Shown in pieces: positions 17,577 to 22,866 of a stretch of DNA of 22,866 bases. The notes beneath the pieces are model-generated. The model did not search any database. It was not told the DNA's origin and saw only the letters and a list, made by a program, of their open reading frames with translations. Source of the stretch: Myxococcales bacterium (GTDB lineage Bacteria; Myxococcota; Myxococcia; Myxococcales; Anaeromyxobacteraceae); contig JBBQEB010000052.1 of assembly GCA_038320275.1 (NCBI GenBank), forward strand, positions 1 to 22,866, in the 5' to 3' direction. Each line of letters opens with the position of its first letter. The stretch's first letter is position 1. The position numbers and the translations under genes were made by a program.

Positions 17577-18722
17577 ATGATCGAGGAGAGCAGGAAGCTG
17601 TCGCCGGCGGAGGAGGACGCCTTCGGGAAGGAGCTCGACGTGCTCCGCGACGAGGCGTTCGGGTCGTTGGGCCAGGCCGACGTGGATCACATCCGCGGCG
17701 TCGTCCGGCTCGCGCGCCGGGCGGAGGCGGGCGGGCGCGCCCTCCTGCACCTCGGACTCGATCCCGTGACGTTCCTGGCCGGGGCGGGGGCGCTGGGCGT
17801 CTCCAAGATCCTCGAGAACATGGAGATCGGGCACAACGTGATCCATGGACAGTACGACTGGACCAAGGATCCGGCCCTGGAGGGCGCGGGGTACGAGTGG
17901 GACATCGTCTGCCCGGCGGAGGGCTGGCGCCGCTCGCACAACTTCGAGCACCACACCTTCACCAACATCCTCGGGAAGGACCGCGACGTCGGGTACCTCG
18001 TGCTCCGCGTCTCGGCGGACCAGCCGTGGCATCCTGCCTACCTCTTGCAACCCGTTTCCGCCGTCCTGCTCGCGCTCATGTTCGAGTGGGGGCTCGGGCT
18101 GCACGACATGCGCTTCGACGACCTGTTTCGGGCGCGATCCCTTGGCGAGGCGCGGGAGGCGTTGAAGGGACTGGTGGAGCGGGGGCGTCCCTTCCTCTCC
18201 AAGGCCGCCCGGCTGTGCGCCAAGGACTACCTGCTGTTCCCCGCCCTGGCGCTCGCGAACGCTCCGCGCGTCCTCGCCGGCAACGTCCTCGCCAACGTGA
18301 TCCGCAATGTGTGGGGCTTCTCGGTCATCTTCTGCGGCCACTTTCCGGCAGGGGTGCGCGTCTACGCGGAGGAGGCGTGCGAGGGCGAGAGCCGGGGCGC
18401 CTGGTATGCGCGCCAGCTCAACGGCTCGGCCAACATCGAGGGTGGGAAGCTCCTGCACCTCATGACCGGCCACCTCAGCCATCAGATCGAGCACCACCTC
18501 TTCCCGGACCTCCCCGCCGCCCGGTACCCTGGGCTGGCGCCCAAGGTGAGAGCCATCTGCGAGCGCTACGGGCAGCGCTACAGCACGGGATCGATGCCGC
18601 GGCAGCTCGCGAGCGTGGCGCGCCAGATCCTCCGCAACGCCTTTCCGGGTGGTGGAAAACCGATCCGCGATATCGCGGCGGAGAACCCTCCGCTTGGGCG
18701 GATGTCGGCGGCCGCCGCGTGA
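17577..18722 (+). CDS. Membrane acyl-CoA/fatty acid desaturase (DesA3/DesB-like)
   Basis: His boxes HNVIH, HNFEHH, HQIEHH; KILENMEIGHN; AAGGAG 6 nt before ATG 17577. An alternative GTG lies at 17550. Confidence 0.93.
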   Translation: MIEESRKLSPAEEDAFGKELDVLRDEAFGSLGQADVDHIRGVVRLARRAEAGGRALLHLGLDPVTFLAGAGALGVSKILENMEIGHNVIHGQYDWTKDPALEGAGYEWDIVCPAEGWRRSHNFEHHTFTNILGKDRDVGYLVLRVSADQPWHPAYLLQPVSAVLLALMFEWGLGLHDMRFDDLFRARSLGEAREALKGLVERGRPFLSKAARLCAKDYLLFPALALANAPRVLAGNVLANVIRNVWGFSVIFCGHFPAGVRVYAEEACEGESRGAWYARQLNGSANIEGGKLLHLMTGHLSHQIEHHLFPDLPAARYPGLAPKVRAICERYGQRYSTGSMPRQLASVARQILRNAFPGGGKPIRDIAAENPPLGRMSAAAA

Positions 18723-18805
18723 ATACCTTGTCACACTCGACCGTCGGTCTATTTCGAGGCGCGGAGCCAATCCGGTCCGTTCACCCCTCGACAAGGAGAA
18801 AAAGC

Positions 18806-19228
18806 ATGAAGAGAGCAACCTGGCTTGCCATGGCGCTGCTTGCGGCGCCGATCTCGTTCGCACACGCGGACGACGCGACGCGCGACGCGAAGGAGAGCGC
18901 CGAGCACGCGAAGGACGTGACGAAGGATCAGGCCGACGCGAAGGCCGGCAAGATGAAGGCTCATGCCGAGGCCGAGAAGGACCGGACCAAGGCGCACGCC
19001 GAGGCGAAGGCCGACGAAGCCAAGGCAGACGCGAAGGCCGCGAAGGACGACGCCAAGGCCGACGCGAAGGCCGTCAAGAAGGCCGCCAAGCACCACAAGG
19101 TCAAGGCGGGGACCATGTCGGATCACGCCACCAAGACCACCATCGAGGGCGGCGAGCGCACCGAGCGCAAGACGAGCACCACGGTCATCGACCCGGCGCA
19201 CCCGGATCCGACCGCCACCACCAAGTAG
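18806..19228 (+). CDS. Secreted low-complexity Ala/Lys/Asp-rich hypothetical protein
   Basis: AAGGAG RBS; signal peptide ending AHA; repeated AKAD/DAK units; terminator downstream. Confidence 0.8.
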   Translation: MKRATWLAMALLAAPISFAHADDATRDAKESAEHAKDVTKDQADAKAGKMKAHAEAEKDRTKAHAEAKADEAKADAKAAKDDAKADAKAVKKAAKHHKVKAGTMSDHATKTTIEGGERTERKTSTTVIDPAHPDPTATTK

Positions 19229-19251
19229 CAGAAGTTCCCGCGAAGCAGCTG

Positions 19252-19299
19252 AAGCGGCGCGCTGGCTCCCTCGGGGGTCGCCGCGCCGCTTTTAATTTT
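19252..19299 (+). terminator. Intrinsic (Rho-independent) terminator
   Basis: AAGCGGCGCG...CGCGCCGCTT stem with inner GGCTCCC/GGGGTC pairing, followed by a T-rich tract (TTTTAATTTT). Confidence 0.8.
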
Positions 19300-19393
19300 C
19301 GGGAGCGGGTGGGCGGCCGGGCACCGCGCGAGAGGTCGTATCCGGGGGAGAGGACCGGCTGGGCCGGCTCCCAGGATGCGTCGGGGTCGACCC

Positions 19394-19720
19394 TCAGCGG
19401 CGGGGGGATCCGCCGTTTCGCGGCTTCTCGAAGCCGCAGTGCATGCAGCGGCTCGAGACCGGGTTCGCGAGCCAGATGGTGAAGTGGAAGGTCTCGCTGC
19501 AGGACGGGCAGCGAAACGTCGCGAACCACGTTGCCGACGCGACCAGGGCGGTGAGCCACGCTGCGGCGACGAGGTCGGCCGGGATGGGGCTGCCCGCGAG
19601 CCTCCGCAATATATCGCCCGTCCAGCGGACGAGGGGGAAGTAGGCGAGGACGGCGAGGATGACGCTCGCCTGGCGGCGCCGGTAGTCGCGCCAGCAATCG
19701 TGGAGATGAGAGGAGCGCAT
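19394..19720 (-). CDS. Small membrane protein with C-terminal Zn-ribbon-like CxxC...CxxC
   Basis: Two hydrophobic segments, then FRCPSC...NP...RCMHCG; AGGGG before the ATG; converges on the terminator. Confidence 0.65.
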   Translation of the reverse strand: MRSSHLHDCWRDYRRRQASVILAVLAYFPLVRWTGDILRRLAGSPIPADLVAAAWLTALVASATWFATFRCPSCSETFHFTIWLANPVSSRCMHCGFEKPRNGGSPRR

Positions 19721-19881
19721 CGCCCCTGCATCCTGCCGGGTCCTTTACGCCCCGCCAAGGGGGTAGAGGTGGGCCAGAAGCGCACCGAGTTCACTCACGG
19801 TGATCCGAAAGAGGTCGCGTTCGCCCTCGTATCGGACCCTTGGAACCCAGGCGCGCGGGCGCTGCTCGCCCCCCCGACCGA

Positions 19882-20673
19882 CTATCCCACCGGCCGCGCC
19901 GGGGCGTCCGCCGAGCCCACCAGCGTCGCAGGCTTCTGCGAGCCTGCCGCAAGGCGGAACTTGGCCAGCTCCCCGCGGATGCGGCGCGGGTACACCCGGA
20001 ATCGGGCCGGGATGGCTCCGGCGCGAGCGTGGGTGCGGATCCGGTTCGGCCCCGCGTTGTAGGCCATGAGCGCGAGGTCGATGTTGTTGCCGAAGGCATC
20101 CATCAGCCGGCGCAGGTAGCGGATGCCGGCGCGCACGTTCGCCACAGGGTCGTGCGGATCGGCCGAGCCCAGCCCGGAGCGCTCGAGCTCGCTGCGCAGG
20201 GTCGCCTCGCGGAGCTGCATGAGCCCCATGGCCCCCGCGCTGGACACCACCCGCGGATTGAACGACGACTCCACGTGGATGAGGGCGAGGACGAGCAGCG
20301 GATCGAGCTTGGTCTGCATCGACTCGTTGTAGATCGCGCGCGCCACTTGCCTGCGGAGCGCCCGATCATGGCCCGGCATGCGCGCTGCCACCTGCGCCTC
20401 TACGGTCGAGAGCGTGGCCCGGAACACCTGCGGGGCGCGCCTCTTCGCGGGGCCCTTGCCGGCGAGCCGGCGATCCAGATTGCGCTGGACCGCCCGGGCG
20501 CCGGCGCCGAGGTCGCGATCCGCCCAGCCGACCAACTTCGGCGAGGCGGGGACGCAGAGAACCATGCTGGAAGAAGGCTCCCGGACCTCGCGCTTCGAGC
20601 CACAACCGGCGAGGAAGAGCGCAGCTCCCGCGAGGGCGACGGACCACCGACCCAGGGAGAGGTATTGGCTCAC
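19882..20673 (-). CDS. Lytic transglycosylase (SLT domain), probable lipoprotein; start uncertain
   Basis: LVLALIHVESSFNPRVVSSAGAMGLMQL (catalytic E), NVRAGIRYL, LALMAYNAGP; lipobox LAGC; in-frame GTG at 20673 just before the signal region. Confidence 0.85.
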   Translation of the reverse strand: MSQYLSLGRWSVALAGAALFLAGCGSKREVREPSSSMVLCVPASPKLVGWADRDLGAGARAVQRNLDRRLAGKGPAKRRAPQVFRATLSTVEAQVAARMPGHDRALRRQVARAIYNESMQTKLDPLLVLALIHVESSFNPRVVSSAGAMGLMQLREATLRSELERSGLGSADPHDPVANVRAGIRYLRRLMDAFGNNIDLALMAYNAGPNRIRTHARAGAIPARFRVYPRRIRGELAKFRLAAGSQKPATLVGSADAPARPVG

Positions 20674-20910
20674 CCACCGAAGCTGTCGCTCGGGGGCCAG
20701 ATCGGGAAGGGGTTGCTCGGACGGCAGGCCTGTTTGGGTGTGCCCCTTCGGGTCGAGGGGATGAGCCTGTCCGTGAAGAACCGAACGCCAGGCCCCGAAT
20801 GGCTGCTGCCATCGGAGCCTCAACCCCTCGAGCGGGCTGGCAGGCTGGCGCACGAACCGTGACAAGCTCCGGCAGCGCCAGGCGCGTTCAGGACACCCGG
20901 AGGAAGAGCC

Positions 20911-22440
20911 ATGTCGAGTCCATCCGCCCACCCTGGGACCGGGGTCGCGTCTGAACGGGCTGCCGGTGGGCCGGGTACGCTGAACGCGTTCGAGGCCTGG
21001 GGCCGCCGCTACGGGCTCCTCCTCTCGATCGCGGTCGGCGTCGCCCTGTGGCTGCTCCCGACGCCGGTCTCGATGACCGCGACGCAACACAAGCTGCTCG
21101 CCATCTTCGGCGGCGCCGTCGTCGCGTGGGTCACCATCGCCGTCAACTTCGCTGTGAGCACCTTCGCCATCGTGTGCCTGCTCTATTTCTGGGTCGGCAA
21201 CGCAGAGGGAAAGCGGACCGCTGCGGGTGCGCTGGTCCGGAATGCCGATTTCGCGCTGAGCGGGTTCGGGACCTCGGCCCTCTGGCTGCTCGTGACCGGC
21301 TTCGTCATCACCATCGCCATGACGCGGTCGGGAGTCGCCCGGCGGCTCGCGCTGCACATGATGCGGCTCCTCGGGCGCACGCCGGCGGGCGCCATCTACT
21401 CGTCGATGTTCGCGAACCTCCTCATCGCGCCGCTCACCCCGTCGAACACCGCCAGGACCGCGGCCATGCTCCCCATCATCGAAGGGATTGCCGGGGCGTA
21501 CGGCGCGGCGCCGGGGCGAAGCAACTTCGGCAAGGCGCTCTTCCTCTCCACGACCTTCACCTCGAACATCACCGGTTCCGCGTTCCTCACCGGGACGATT
21601 CCGAACCCCGTCTCCATCGGGCTCATCGCCGCCGCCGCCGGCGCGTCGCTCGCCACCACCTGGAGCTACTGGGCGATGGCGGCGCTGCCGACGAACCTGG
21701 TGGTCCTCGCCTTCACCGGCTGGCTCCTGCTCCGGCTCTATCCGCCGGAGGTCGAATCACTGCCTGGAGGCGTCGCCTTCGTGAAGGAGGAGCTCGCGCG
21801 CATGGGCCCCATGAGCTCCGCGGAGAAGAAGGCCATCGGGTACTTCCTTCTCGCGCTCGTGCTCTGGTCCACCGATTTCTGGCACGGCTTCAACTCGACC
21901 ATGGTGGCCTTCCTGGCGTCCGCGCTGATCTTCCTGCCGCGCATCGGTGTGCTCGACTGGAAGGATGCCGAGAAGTCCTTGCCGTGGGAGATGTTCGTGT
22001 ATTTCGGAGGCGTGCTCACGCTCAGCGCCGTCCTCATGAAGACGAAGGCGTTCGGGTGGCTCATCAGCTCGGTCTTCTCGAGCCTCAACCTCCAGGGCGT
22101 CTCGCAGATGCTGCTCCTCGCCGTCCTCATGGGCTTCACCATCTTCAGCCACGCCATCTGGTCGACCACCACCGCCATGGCCGGCGTGATGGTCCCCATC
22201 TACATCGGCATCGCGCAGGCGCTGAAGTTCAGCGTGGTCGGCTTCGTGCTGCCGCTCGCGATCCTCATGGGCTATGCGCTCTTCCTGCCCTTCAACACCA
22301 TGGGCAACATCCTCGTCTTCGGGGCCGGCCACTACTCGGTGGCGGACCAGGTGAAGTCGTCGGTCCTCATCGGGCTCGCGTCGTGGGCGCTGTGGGTGCT
22401 CACGGCGCTCACGTGGTGGCGGGTGATCGGGCTGACGTGA
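20911..22440 (+). CDS. DASS/SLC13 family divalent anion:Na+ symporter or antiporter (CitT-like)
   Basis: Highly hydrophobic 509 aa; PSNTAR, FLTGTIPNP, W..WA.AALP, STTTA motifs; GGAGG RBS. Confidence 0.9.
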   Translation: MSSPSAHPGTGVASERAAGGPGTLNAFEAWGRRYGLLLSIAVGVALWLLPTPVSMTATQHKLLAIFGGAVVAWVTIAVNFAVSTFAIVCLLYFWVGNAEGKRTAAGALVRNADFALSGFGTSALWLLVTGFVITIAMTRSGVARRLALHMMRLLGRTPAGAIYSSMFANLLIAPLTPSNTARTAAMLPIIEGIAGAYGAAPGRSNFGKALFLSTTFTSNITGSAFLTGTIPNPVSIGLIAAAAGASLATTWSYWAMAALPTNLVVLAFTGWLLLRLYPPEVESLPGGVAFVKEELARMGPMSSAEKKAIGYFLLALVLWSTDFWHGFNSTMVAFLASALIFLPRIGVLDWKDAEKSLPWEMFVYFGGVLTLSAVLMKTKAFGWLISSVFSSLNLQGVSQMLLLAVLMGFTIFSHAIWSTTTAMAGVMVPIYIGIAQALKFSVVGFVLPLAILMGYALFLPFNTMGNILVFGAGHYSVADQVKSSVLIGLASWALWVLTALTWWRVIGLT

Positions 22441-22465
22441 AGGCGAGGACCGCCCACGACGGCCC

Positions 22466-22500
22466 CGCCCCGGGCGCGCTCGGAGCGCAGCGCCGGGGCG
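22466..22500. terminator. GC-rich hairpin between convergent genes (possible terminator or stabiliser)
   Basis: CGCCCCGG/CCGGGGCG outer stem with inner GCGCT/AGCGC; no U-tract. Confidence 0.4.
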
Positions 22501-22514
22501 AGGGAACGCCACGC

Positions 22515-22865
22515 TTACCAGTTCGGATCGGTCCAGAGCGCGCGGCCGGTGATGTTCCAGCTGTCGTTGGTGATGTACGGAACGAAGCCCTGATTGGCGA
22601 TGGCATCGTGGAGCTGATAGGCGCGCCCGCTCCACGGGTCGGCGTACTCGGCCACGATGATGGGGATGCCGTACCAGTCGTGGAGCTTCCTGGCCTTGTC
22701 GTACTGCGGGCCCCACCACCACGGATCGTTCCAGGGCTGGAGGTAGGCGCTGCCCCAGCTGCTCGCGGAGAACAGGCCCTCCGTTTCCATTCCGTCCACC
22801 AGCCACGGGTACTCGAGAGCGAAATCGAAGTGCTGGTTGAAGATGAACTTCATGTCGGGGTGCAT
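22515..22865 (-). CDS. C-terminal part of a PelA-like / endo-alpha-1,4-polygalactosaminidase-type glycoside hydrolase (GH114/GH166-like), 5'-truncated
   Basis: The pattern HPDMKFIFNQHF...DGMETEGLF...GIPIIVAEY.DP....A......QGFVPYI recalls the PelA hydrolase C-terminal half. The frame is open to the window edge. Confidence 0.6.
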   Translation of the reverse strand: MHPDMKFIFNQHFDFALEYPWLVDGMETEGLFSASSWGSAYLQPWNDPWWWGPQYDKARKLHDWYGIPIIVAEYADPWSGRAYQLHDAIANQGFVPYITNDSWNITGRALWTDPNW

Positions 22866-22866
22866 G

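Noticed and set aside
20674..21357. N-terminal extension of the 491-aa transglycosylase ORF
   Set aside because: Much of it overlaps the DASS gene on the opposite strand, and the lipobox places the start near 20673.
1..22866. CRISPR arrays, tRNA/rRNA, IS elements, prophage or defence genes
   Set aside because: No regularly spaced repeats, cloverleafs, transposase, integrase or nuclease motifs were seen by eye, and composition looks uniform.

Overview
A high-GC, gene-dense chromosomal segment whose gene content suggests a myxobacterium (Myxococcota, Anaeromyxobacter-like). The taxonomy is inferred, not proven. I found no rRNA, tRNA, CRISPR array or mobile element. It holds about 20 CDSs in this order: a 5'-truncated GltA/SudA/NfnB-type flavoprotein fused to a Cys-rich module and a rubrerythrin-like domain; an uncharacterised lipoprotein lacking a canonical start codon; a SAM methyltransferase; a TraR/DksA protein; an exported HMA protein; a TetR divergent from a TolC-MFP-RND operon; YebC; two paralogous orphan type-1 periplasmic binding proteins, one fused through a TM helix to a DUF4388-like domain; a second TetR divergent from a ferredoxin reductase/fatty-acid desaturase pair; a secreted Ala/Lys/Asp-rich protein; a small Zn-ribbon membrane protein; a lytic transglycosylase; a DASS symporter; and the C-terminus of a PelA-like glycoside hydrolase. 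The best candidates for undescribed biology are the DUF4388-TM-PBP/PBP pair (a possible enzyme-less transmembrane sensor) and the flavoprotein-rubrerythrin fusion. All family calls come from motif recognition by eye; no database searches were run.
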